64,000 nt of DNA from Octopus bimaculoides (taxonomy: Eukaryota). The DNA is taken from assembly GCF_001194135.2 (NCBI RefSeq), contig NC_068991.1:76300321-76364320 (forward strand). The letters run 5' to 3'. Below the pieces are notes generated by a model that searched no databases, had not been told where the DNA came from, and saw only the letters and a program-made list of their open reading frames with translations. This document shows positions 27,196 to 38,050 of the stretch, in pieces (position 1 is the first letter of the stretch; the number at the start of each line of letters is the position of its first letter). The position numbers and the translations under genes are program-made.

Positions 27196-27662
27196 GTATG
27201 TATGTATGTATGTTTGTATATGTACATATATAGTGACTAAGGAAGACCATCAGATTGACAAATGCCCATACAGTATGCCTGGTCTTGAGGTTGTGGCACC
27301 AGGCACCCGAGACCGTCCCTGTCTCTCGGGACCAACATCACCACCAATAGGGCGGCGTTTGGTACTGTTGCCTGCCCGCACCATGCTCATCGCCACCACA
27401 GACACTACCACCGCTGTTGACGATTGTTGCAGTTCTCACCCAGCCCCTTGTCACCGAAAGAACACCAACATCACCACCAACATCACCGACTTCTGCCACG
27501 CCATTCACCACCAGCGTCAACACCAACGCTGCCAACCAGTCATCTCCCACCGACCTCACTGTCACCTCTACGGCACCAACAACACCGTCTTTTGGAAAAC
27601 TTTGTTGGGCCACGACCTACTAGACTATCCAAACAGCAGGTTTTAACTATGTATGTCACTCT

Positions 27663-27780
27663 TCAGTTTTACTTCAAGATTTCTTGCCAATAGAGAAAGA
27701 GCCAATTTCTAAACTACATCCAAGATTCCTTCATTGGAATTTCAACATCAACAACAGTGTATTATTGTTTGCATGTATGT
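27663..27780 (+). repeat. Dispersed repeat, unclassified (copy 1)
   Basis: Clearly homologous to 38463..38580 (TTCAAGATTTCTT..CAATAG..AGAGCC..TTTCTAA.CTA.ATCCAAG.TTCCTTCA.TGGAATTTCA); both run into (GTAT)n. Confidence 0.7.
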
Positions 27781-27885
27781 ATATATGTATGTGTACATAT
27801 ATATAGGCATGCAGATGTGTATGTTTTGCTTTATGTATGTATTCCCATGCCTATAGTTGCATATCTAGACATGCACATATATGTT

Positions 27886-28035
27886 TAAATGATAAACTTC
27901 TGGAAAGTTTTACAGACTTTTACAGTTCCGGTGATGGATTGGATCTGTAGTCTTCGAATTAGCTTTCTCCTTTCTGATGTTGAGAAGCCTAATTTCTCAA
28001 GACTGGCATTTAGGCAGTGTGTTACACATCCCAGG
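27886..28035 (-). mobile_element. 3' end of an RLE-type non-LTR retrotransposon ORF
   Basis: Frame LGCVTHCLNASLEKLGFSTSERRKLIRRLQIQSITGTVKVCKTFQKFII* resembles the C-terminus after the restriction-like endonuclease domain. Confidence 0.55.
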
Positions 28036-28143
28036 GATAGGGTTAGGGTTTGTATGTATGTATGTATATGTATGTACGTTCGTAGTGTGTATTATGTTTG
28101 TGAGTGTGCGTGTGTGTGTGTGTATTTGCAGGTGTGTATTTGC

Positions 28144-28183
<40 letters not shown>

Positions 28184-29158
28184 TAAGGCCAGAGTTTTTT
28201 TTTTGTCCTTCCATTTAACTTGATACTCCCAATATCTTTGAGAACGTTTCACTCACCAGTTGAAGAAATTGTAAATATGACAGTTTTTTCCAATCAAACT
28301 TTTTTCCTTAACATAGCTAAAATAGAAGTGAACCAAAATTGGTGTATTTGTTTGCAGTGTGACCTTCTAAAATCATAGCAATTCACTTATTTCTCAAACG
28401 AAAAGTATATAGAAAATTACATACGCATTTAATTCCATCACATTTTGTCATGTTATGATTATATGCGATGTCACAATATTACATAATATGATTGCTACAG
28501 ACAAAGTAAACCAGACTCAGTTTCTGCTGAAATATTTACTTCTATGTATATTAATATATTTCTGTATATTTACTTCTACCATCCACGTAATTATCTTATT
28601 TAAAGATAACCATACTTTATTATTAGATAAGTGCTGATTGTATGCTTTTAGATGCGTTACTCTTAATCAAATACTGAAAATAAATATCTCGACATTGCAA
28701 TGTATCTATTAAATCTCAACATTCTTATGTAAATTCATCACTGTGTGTTCATTTAACACAAACGTATAATTTATTGCGACATTCAACGTTGTTGTTGTTG
28801 TTTTTTTATGTCGGTTGATGTATAGCAAATGGCATTAATAATATCGCTGTCATTTTCTAGTGTGTGAATGTAAAGAAGTTGGCAATTAATAATTCTTGCA
28901 TTTTGACACCGTTCGCTATATTTCAACATCGTAAATGTAGAGTTACTGAAATGTTTCACCGACATGGCAATTACTTCAGAGACCAGACAAAGAAAAACTG
29001 ATGGAGTCTGATGCCTTGTTAAGTTAGTAAATACTTAAGAAAATTTGTATATGGAAAGGAGTAGTTGGAAAATTAACCACTAAAGAGCATATACATCTAT
29101 GCATCCCATTATTATTGCTGGACTTGTCACGTGGTTCACGTGGTTTGTGTTGTTGTTT

Positions 29159-29190
<32 letters not shown>

Positions 29191-29241
29191 GGTGGTGGTG
29201 GTGGTGGTGGTGGTGGTTTTGGTGGTGGTAGTGGTTATATT

Positions 29242-29365
29242 AGGCGGCGAGCTGAGCAAAATCGTTAACGCGCTAAAGAAATTGCTTAGCAGTATTTAGC
29301 CCTTCGCTACGTTCTGAGTTCAAATTCCATCGAGATCGATTTTGCATTTCATCCTTACGGAGTCG
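29242..29365 (+). mobile_element. SINE family A, 5' part, cut off by a LINE fragment
   Basis: GGCGGCGAGCTGAGCAAAATCGTTAAC...CTGAGTTCAAATTCC; 3' tail absent. Confidence 0.85.
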
Positions 29366-30110
29366 GGACTATGGATAACTTCCAAAAATCCCTTGCCTGG
29401 TAGCGCTGCCTGGTAGAGCTTACTGGTTCGAGACAAGCTCTAAGACACGGAAGTGCTGTCAGACGGATCTGTCCGTGATGTGAGCAGGGAGACGAAACCA
29501 TCATGCATGCACTACTCCAGTGTCCTTGCATTAGTAACTTGTGGAGCTTTGTCGACCAGCTGTTGTCAAGTGTAGGACGGATCCGGTTATCAAGCGAGTC
29601 CGGGAAGGAAAGGCAGTTTTCCTCTGTCTGTTGGCTATGGCGAAAGAGATAGTATAGTGAACGAGATTGAAAGGACTGATACTTTTATCAACAGATACTT
29701 TCACCGACGTTTTCAAGAACCACTTGAAAACGAAAGTGAGAATAGAGAGGGAAGTTCTGCCCACCTCCATCCGGTAAATTTGTTGAAAGGTGAGAGCATG
29801 TGGCGAGGATGGTCCGAGTGAATGGGTTTATTCTGAACTGAACTTTAATTTATAAACCGGAGGAGTTGTGAAGGAGAGAGAGACGCCTGCTGAAGTGCGC
29901 CTGGCAGTCGGGATAACCAGAATGTGAGGGGTTCCTCGGTTGGCCCCGTGAGGAACTTAACCTTTTTGGAGAATTAATATTGTATAATTGTTTTGTTAAT
30001 TGTTTTTGTTACTTATTGTATACACGAAATTGTTCAATACCCCACTTGTCCCTTGTATTGCATCGTCCCTATTTGTTTTGTGTTCGGACTCTGTGACCAA
30101 TAAAAAAAGG
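29366..30110 (+). mobile_element. 5'-truncated L1/Tx1-type LINE 3' end
   Basis: Broken frame HGSAVRRICP*CEQGDETIMHALLQCP (CCHC finger after RT), FFKxHLKxKVRIER-like downstream segment, ending AATAAAAAAA then (AGT)n. Confidence 0.7.
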
Positions 30111-30112
30111 AT

Positions 30113-30190
<78 letters not shown>

Positions 30191-31242
30191 TAGTAGTTTG
30201 TGTCTCTATGAAACTTCTCCATTGTTTCTTAAATTATTGAACGAAAATCTTGTTTCAAACTAAAAATGTTTTGGTCTGAGACTAGAAACCGTTTTGCACA
30301 ATTTGCGGAATATTTCTAAACCGAGAGGTATCAAGAAGTCTCATGTTATGACTCCATTAGCATATTTGATATTAACTTGTACATCCAGAAATATCTTTTA
30401 TTACAGTTTGAATACCATAAAAAGTATCGTAACAGCATGATAGAAAAGATATTCGTTCATTTATTCTTAGCATATAGTTTGAATCTTATAAATTTTCTCT
30501 ATCTGGTCGGCTAATGCGATTCCATTAAACGTATAAAAGGAGTAAATAAGTAATCTGCAATGACGCTACGAACGCAGCCGATATTCATTCTAATTCTACT
30601 ATAATTACTGTTGCTGATGTGGCAGGATATTAGTAATTACCTCTTAAAATTAAGAGAATTAAGACTTTTATTGTTATAAAGTGTTAGAAATAGAAGAAAA
30701 ACATTGAGACGGATTATCTAAGCAATGTACAATAGGACACATAAAACTGTCTCCTTAAGAATTTTTGAATTAAATTAATTAATTAATTTTGAATCTAAAG
30801 AGAAATAGAAAGAGACAACTTTCCAGAGTTTCAACCAAGAACATTTACTCATTAAGTAAAACCGGTTCTAACAGGAAAAGGAAACCAAATCGCTTTGATT
30901 AAAATGGACGGGAAGCAAAGAAGAAAACAAAGAAAAGCATGAGAGGACATTGTCAAGCAATAAAGTGATATATAAGCGAACAAAAGAAACTTGACTGGTT
31001 ATCCTCTTGACATGGCAATGGCAAAGTTTAGATTGAATTATTTATCAAGTCTTTATAAGAATCTGGCAGTTTTAGTTAACAATGAGAAATACAATGAGAC
31101 TAAAGAAATATGACTAGTCTGTTCTCTTCTAAATACGCTAACAATGAGAAATAGAAAACATTCAATGACGTAATATCTGCTTTTTGACAATCATACTGAG
31201 ATCCTAACAAAATATCAGAGAAAACCGGAAGCTAGGTAGACA

Positions 31243-31955
31243 TAGGGTCTTCAGACTAAATTTCTCAATTTACTTATATGGAAAAGAAAACACAGTATTT
31301 CATCCAGAAATAAAAGTATTTTAAAATATCACAACATATCAAATACGTTATGGCTGGGAGATAACAAATCACTCGAACTAACCGTCCTCGCCTTCCACCA
31401 CTGCTTCAGGACTGCTCCGGAACGAAGCTCAGGCATTCCTCATAGTATCCCTGGGAAGATCTTCGAGCACGTCCTTGATTTTGGTCACCAGCTTGGCCTT
31501 GGTGTTGCAGGCAGCGCGATTGCTGTCTTTCTCAATCGAAGTAATTAGGAGGTCAGACATTTGGGCTGGCGAAGTTGCAGAAATTTTCCGACTCTTTAGG
31601 GGTAGGGTGAGGATCCAAATCCTGATACAACACATATGGCGTTCTAGCAGGAAGCCTCTTCAGCCAGGGTTTGTCTACAGTCTCCAGCAGCTTCACATAG
31701 CCGCTTGAATTGAACCTAAGTCTCCGTTCAAAGATGTGGGGATTAATTCTGGCGTGTGGACGCAGTCCGAAGACCCACTGTGTCCCTTCCAGCCCACACG
31801 ATTTCATAGTCTTTGTTGAAACTGTTCATATCACGTCTCACAGCATTTACAGGGTTCACAGCGCATTGAGCAGCAGTCATCATGTCAGCATGTCAATACA
31901 CGGCGTGAATCCTCATGATACAGGTAACTATTCTCCAATCCTCAGATGTCTTTCA
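31243..31955 (-). mobile_element. Internally deleted Tc1/mariner (maT/DD37D-like) element, copy 1
   Basis: PHIFERRLRFNSSGYVKLLETVDKPWLKR..PYVLYQD and IEKDSNRAACNTKAKLVTKIKDVLEDLPRDTMRNA; colinear with 48100..48954. Confidence 0.8.
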
Positions 31956-31963
31956 GTTCTCAC

Positions 31964-32040
31964 CTTGTCAGACAACGTTTTCTCAACGACAGATTTAATG
32001 TCTATTCGTTGGCGGTTAACCACTATATCAAGATGTTCCT
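31964..32040 (-). CDS. Candidate 77-nt coding exon (EHLDIVVNRQRIDIKSVVEKTLSDK), unknown product
   Basis: atgtctccttctatag acceptor, AAG|GTGAGA donor, open phase 1 to 0, protein-like composition. Confidence 0.55.
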
Positions 32041-33004
32041 CTATAGAAGGAGACATAAATAATCTTGAAATTTAGCCCGAACAGCTTGTACGGGAATGTT
32101 AGAAGCAGCTATTTAATAAAATAGATCTGCTGGAAGATTGCACAGTAATTCCATTTAAGTAGTGAGAACTGTAGATAATGTGCAAAATGTAACCGAGAAG
32201 ACGGAGAAAATTGCAGCCTCCGTACAAACATTATAACTTCGTAGTTGATTATTTATTTTATTTGTATGTTATTATTATGTTATGGTATTTATGTTATAGT
32301 AAATATGAAAATCACAATGTCGCCGCAAAACTATTGAATAAGATGGAGAATTGCTTAATAGCTGAAAGGTCAATACTTGGTATTTATATTTATTATCAAC
32401 TTTGCTTTCTAACTTAGGTTTAATTTTGCAAAGGGATTTTTGTCATGAGACCACTTGTTCTGGAGATGTTCTTCGTTGAATTATGCCAGTTAATAAGTCT
32501 TCAAAGATGTCACAATGAAAATTAAAATAGGAATAAATTCATAAGCAAACAAGTCTGACAGAGACATAAATCAACCAAGATCCAGGATTGATTACGCAGA
32601 AATCAAGGAGAAATACGTTCAGCATGCAACTGGAGAAAAATGGCGTGTGTGTGTTCAACTAATAAATAAGAAAAGCAATAAAATTTTACGTAGTTCTTAT
32701 AGAGCAAGATGACATATTCTTTAACAAAACGATACATTGAACCGGATAATTATTTGTATATTTATGTGTGTACAGATATATATGTTATGGATGGACGGAT
32801 AGATGGATGGAATCACAAATACTCTCTCACACACACACACACACATATAAATAATACGAGATTAAGAATAAATATAGATTTTATGTTGTATCTAATAAAT
32901 TAGGCAAGTAAGAAGATTCTTGAGGGAAAGCCAAACAGAAATTTATGGACTAGAAGATGAGTCTTTGTCACACTCTCGTAATTCTGAAGAGTATGTGACC
33001 CCTT

Positions 33005-33045
<41 letters not shown>

Positions 33046-33047
33046 CA

Positions 33048-33262
33048 AAGTAGCGAATTGACTGAGCCATTACATCTTTGACTAGAAATATCCATTGGTG
33101 TTCGATCTGGCAGTTTGCACTCTGAGTTCAAATCCACCCGAGTTCAAATCCACCCGAGTTCAAATCCACCCGAGTTCAAATTTACCCGAGTTCAAATCCA
33201 CCCGAGTTCAAGGCTAACTTTCATTTCCATTCTTCCGGCATTGATAAATAAAATATTTGCTA
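33048..33262 (+). mobile_element. Old SINE (family A-like) with tandemly amplified B-box
   Basis: Decayed head, then GAGTTCAAATCCACCC at 33124, 33140, 33156, 33172, 33188 and a partial copy at 33204, then the ACTTTCATTTCCATTC..GATAAAT body. Confidence 0.75.
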
Positions 33263-33462
33263 TTTTCTACCGTTTCTGGAAGGAAGAGACTAGTCAGACC
33301 CGACGACGAACAAACTCCACCAGATTTATACGTGCATTACATGCTGTATGTGACGAGACGCCAAGGATTTTTGGGGCCTAAGAATATGACATCACATCTT
33401 CATCTAACAGCTTTTTGCATTGGATTGTTTCCAGTGGTATTGCCACTACTTTTATTACATAC

Positions 33463-33494
33463 CTCTTCAGATCCATTTGTTTCGGAAGCGAATG
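33463..33494 (-). CDS. Candidate 32-nt exon (FASETNGSEE)
   Basis: ttgttaacttgcag acceptor, GAG|GTATGT donor, open phase 1 to 0. Confidence 0.4.
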
Positions 33495-33942
33495 CTGCAA
33501 GTTAACAAGACACTAATGTGTTGCAATATACAACCGATTCTTATTGCGCTGAAATGTAACATTTGTATAATCTAAATGCGGAGTATTGAACCGATTACGT
33601 TGAATGTTAATATATTCGATTTTATTAATTTCACGTAGACGAACTACTAAAAGTTTAAGCATAAAATTAAGACATTTATGTAACTTTCTACTCAAATTGA
33701 TTACTGCTGCTCCGGAATATAAATATTGTTGATGGAATTAAAGAGGAATTGAAGCAAGTGTATTTATTCTGTTCCTGGCATACATAGCTTAAAACGATAG
33801 AATTATCAAGTTCTCACGTCTAATAAATAAGGGGGATAGAGTGTCCGAAGGTTCGTTCCTTAGCCCCGACATACGAATGTACGCAGAAAGATACTCAGAA
33901 TTTTGTCGTAGATTTTAATCGCTATGTTTGTGTACAAATAAT

Positions 33943-33976
33943 GGACAGGAGTGGCTGTGTGGTAAGTAGCTTGCTT
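33943..33976 (+). mobile_element. Head of SINE family B, truncated by the following LINE fragment
   Basis: GGAGTGGCTGTGTGGTAAGTAGCTTGCT, the same head type as the minus-strand copy ending at 35131. Confidence 0.6.
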
Positions 33977-33979
33977 ATG

Positions 33980-34647
33980 CGCATGCGTCGGGTTATTTGC
34001 TGTGTGGATTTTGTGAGAGTCGGGAGTAGTCTTTTGTGTTGCTTAGGAGATGTAGTCAGACCTTGACGGGTCTGGGTTGTCGTCGTCGGAGGAGGAGAAG
34101 CTGTTAAGGGTGGTCATAAAGATGGACGGAGTGTTGAAGACAAGGAGTTTTCCTGAAGCCACGGAGGTGAAGCGAAGGGAGCTGGACTTGGCTAGTCTGA
34201 AGGAGTATGAGTACATAACTCAGAAGGTGGGAGGCGAAGTGAAGTTGTCACCCCCAAAGGAATTATGGAGAGGATGGAGAAGAAAAGGATCACCTATAAG
34301 ATGTACTCATTGAAAGGAAAAAAAGGCAGAACAGGTGGAGGCAGAAGTGGAAAAGGCGATGAGGGAACGATCAAAGGAAGTGACGTACATAACCAAATGG
34401 AGAAGACATAGGACAATGGTCGACCAATTTAGGACAGTAGAAGAGGAAAGAAGGCTGGCGAGTGTGGCGGTGAAAACAGAGGAAGCGGTGCTTCTGCCCA
34501 CATACCTGGGAAGAAAGACTTCCAAGGTGAGAGTAGAAGCAATTCCACCGGATATAGAAGTGGTTTGGGTAGCGGCAGCCGTCCTTGTTGGAAGCGAGGA
34601 GAAGGTGGCTTAGGACCCAGAGGCGGCGAATGGTGTTACTCAGTGTG
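33980..34647 (+). mobile_element. Degenerate LINE 5' region / ORF1 (gag-like), possibly L1/Tx1 type
   Basis: Purine-rich, GC-elevated block with consecutive ORFs 34077..34313 and 34335..34613 (SSSEEEKLLRVVIK...KTEEAVLLPTYLGRKTSKVRVEAIPPDIEVVWVAAAVL). Clade call is from recollection. Confidence 0.5.
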
Positions 34648-34799
34648 GGGTTAGGGTTAGCACACTCTTCATATCATTTTCGGATATCATTCATGTTATC
34701 ATTTCAGATATCATTTTCATGTGTCATTCATTATACCATAAACAACTACTTATCAAGCGGTTCTCGAGATAAATAGACACAAAGATGCATGCACATAGG

Positions 34800-34840
<41 letters not shown>

Positions 34841-34895
34841 CACACACGCACGCGCGCACATACCCACACACATACATACACATAAATATATGTAA

Positions 34896-34970
<75 letters not shown>

Positions 34971-34971
<1 letters not shown>

Positions 34972-35131
34972 CCGACTGGCTTCTGTACAGTTTCCGTCTA
35001 GCCGATTCACTTTCAAGGAATCGGTTTGCCTGTGGATAATGTAGAAGGCATATCACCAAGGTGCAACGGAACGGAACTCAAACCAAAGTCTCGTGACAGC
35101 GAAGTGAATATCTGAACCACGGTGCCACTCC
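34971..35131 (-). mobile_element. SINE family B, degenerate 5' half
   Basis: Reverse complement GGAGTGGCACCGTGGTTC...GCACCTTGG...AGACGGAAACTGTACAGAAGCC running into (CA)n. Confidence 0.7.
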
Positions 35132-35594
35132 AGTAATTTCTCAACAAATGGTCTCAAGAATTGGCATAAATATCCAAAATCATTCCAGAATCATTGTGCG
35201 TAGAATAAAATTGACGTAGAAGGTTTCTCTGGAGCAATATCTGTATATATACTATTGTACATATCCAACCGGATACACACACACTGTTATATAAGTTTTG
35301 AATTTAACAAATTGTCACCGTGATAGCAACAACATCTATTGACAGACATCATTATCTATAAACAGTCTTTCGGTTTGTATATTTTCAATGAACGCTTCGT
35401 TACGCTTCATTAGTGCTTCTAACACGAAAGACTAATGTTTAAAATTTTGTTATAAATTAAGTGATTTAAATCTAAGATCAAAAATTTCATTCCAATATTT
35501 GGCAAACTAGGCGAGGCTACAACTAATTAAATAAGAAAACCAAAATGTTCTCCTCTACTTCAAAACCTATTAAATTATGCCAATATATATATGT

Positions 35595-35690
<96 letters not shown>

Positions 35691-35762
35691 AAATATATCT
35701 TGTATTGATATTGATGATAAATTTGACCACACGTTACGTAATAAAACACGTCGTAACTCAAG

Positions 35763-36092
35763 GGGGGCGAGCTGGCAGAATCGTTAGCATGCCGGGTGAA
35801 ATGCTTAGCGGTATTTCGTCTGCCACTGCCTTCTGAGTTCAAATTCCGCCGAGGTCGACTTTGCCTTTCATCCTTTCGGGGTCGATAAATTAAGTACCAG
35901 TTACGCACTGGGTCGATATAATCGACTTAATCCGTTTGTCTGTCCTTGTTTGTCCCCTCTGTGTGTAGCCCCTTGTGGGCAGTAAAGAAATAGGTATTTC
36001 GTCTGCCGTTACGTTCTGAGTTCAAATTCCGCCGAGGTCGACTTTGTCTTTCATCCTTTCGGGGTCGTTTAAATAAGCACCAGTTACGCACT
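35763..36092 (+). mobile_element. SINE family A, full copy followed head-to-tail by a partial second unit
   Basis: GGTATTTCGTCTGCC at 35810 and again at 35993 (183-bp period); B-box GAGTTCAAATTCC in both units. Confidence 0.92.
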
Positions 36093-36382
36093 AGTATAAA
36101 TAAATAAAACATGACGCAACTCAATGAATTGATATATTTTCGTAAAACAGTGACTGCATCCATCCCTTGTGTAAAGAGTACATATTTCTACATAGCAGAA
36201 TGCAGAACAGTAAATCACTTAAATATAGAACAGTAAATGTAATATCCTTAAGAATTTGCGTACCATGACTGTAATAAATAGGCCAGGCTTTGAAATGCAG
36301 TCTTTTCCGTATTAAGTTTGCCTGTTTAGTAAAAGAGATCCCAATGATACTGAAGATTTTGAAGCAATCGCTGGTTGCATAC

Positions 36383-36734
36383 TCTTTTGTAAGGGTGGGA
36401 TTTGAAGTAAAATTGTTTGATGCTGGCGAAGGAGAAAAGATTAGCAGAAGTCAAGTTGTGTATGTTTATGATACAGTCATTAGCGATTTGACGTAATGTG
36501 TCGAGGTTGCTTGCAGATGGAGCTTCGTTGTGGAAGATGAGGGAAGAATGAAGGCTGGTATTACCTGCATTACACTGGAAGTTGCTGAAGACGACGGCAA
36601 CTAAATCGCTGATGTAAGATGGAAGAGTGCAATGAACAGAACGAGTCCTGGTAACAGAGGCAATATTGTGTAGGTCACAGATGATTTGAGGAGCGTACGA
36701 CGCAATTTTGCGATCTATCCAAAACACCACCGCT
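36383..36734 (-). CDS. Candidate coding exon, unknown product (alternative donor would end it at 36565)
   Basis: Lies in a 138-codon non-repetitive ORF; the + strand frames are closed; T-rich TAG acceptor at 36735; donor-like CAG|GTAATA and AGA|GTATGC. Confidence 0.45.
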
Positions 36735-36787
36735 CTATCCAAAATAATATAAATTTAAAACATGGTAATTAGTATGCTTCAAAATGA

Positions 36788-36832
<45 letters not shown>

Positions 36833-36988
36833 TGTGCGCGCGTGCGCGCGCGTGTGATTGGAGTTGTTTTGTGTGCGAGTTCGTGTTCGTATCTAAAATA
36901 CATTTTTTTGTTGTTGCTGTCACTCTATGACCAGTAACATAGAAATCTAACTAACAGTGGTCCGTCAAACAAATACGGGGTTCTTCAA

Positions 36989-37949
36989 AAGACTGAAGTA
37001 GTTTAAAGCAATGCTCAAATACGTTTGCTGTCCAGCGACTAAAACCCATAACAAAATCTATGTATGGGTGTGTTTGTATGTGGCCGGGTGCCCTCGTTAA
37101 AGTATTTTCGTGATATAAACTTCTCAATCTTTGAGTTTAACATTCTATAATTAAATTAATTAACATATGGTTCAAATCTATATTTTCGTTATTGATTAGG
37201 TCATAAATAATTAATTTTCAAAGATATTTCGTCAAAATGAGTTCTATATCGAAAAAGTAATATACTGCGACCGAATTTAATATAATATAACGCTGGACAA
37301 ATCGCAATAGTCTGGGTCGCATGTTTATGAGTGAAAATAGTCAAGTTTGCTGTTTCGTGTTGCTTTCATAAAGCTTAGTTGTTTAATTAAAATTTATTGG
37401 CATAAACGATTAACTTTGGCAGAAAATAGCTTCTTGCAGATATACTTGACCGATTATGAAGAAATGCATATTTATATTTTGGGGTGTTCATTATTGCATT
37501 CCAATTACTGCTTTGTAAAAGTTATCGCTGAGGTTAAAACTACTTTATTTCTTTCTAAGTTCATCTCAGGTATCATTCCTAAATTTTCGAGCAAAGTATG
37601 GTTATTTAGTTCTAACTTCTACCTCATCTAATGGCCATTCTAACATTCTCGTAGTCGACCCGGGCATCCTTCATTATTAAGTCGAGTAAAAGGTTTTAGT
37701 TATTTTTTTCTTGCAGATCTAATGGAACCTGAACAATTTCGTATTTACGTAAAGTTTCCTTTTAAATTTTGCAGTTAATTAATTTAATTATAGAATGTTA
37801 AACTCAAAGATTTAGAAGTTTATATCACGAAAATACTTTAACGAGGGCACCCGGCCACATACAAACACACCTATACATAGATTTTGTTATGGGTTTTAAT
37901 CGCTGGACAGCAAATGTATTTGAACATTGCTTTAAACTACTTCAGTCTT
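36989..37949. mobile_element. Non-autonomous long-TIR (foldback) element, 176-bp TIRs
   Basis: 36989..37164 versus the reverse complement of 37774..37949: 5 mismatches in 176 bp; 609-bp interior with no recognisable transposase; no obvious TSD. Confidence 0.85.
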
Positions 37950-38050
37950 GCCGCCGTTCACGAAACCTTCTATAACTATTTACTCCTACAATTTGTGCGT
38001 GTTTTTCTTAATGTTCATACTATATATATATATATATATATAAAGTTGTA

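Noticed and set aside
33124-33212. CRISPR-like array
   Set aside because: Units are contiguous 16-mers with no spacers, in a eukaryotic SINE context, with no cas genes.
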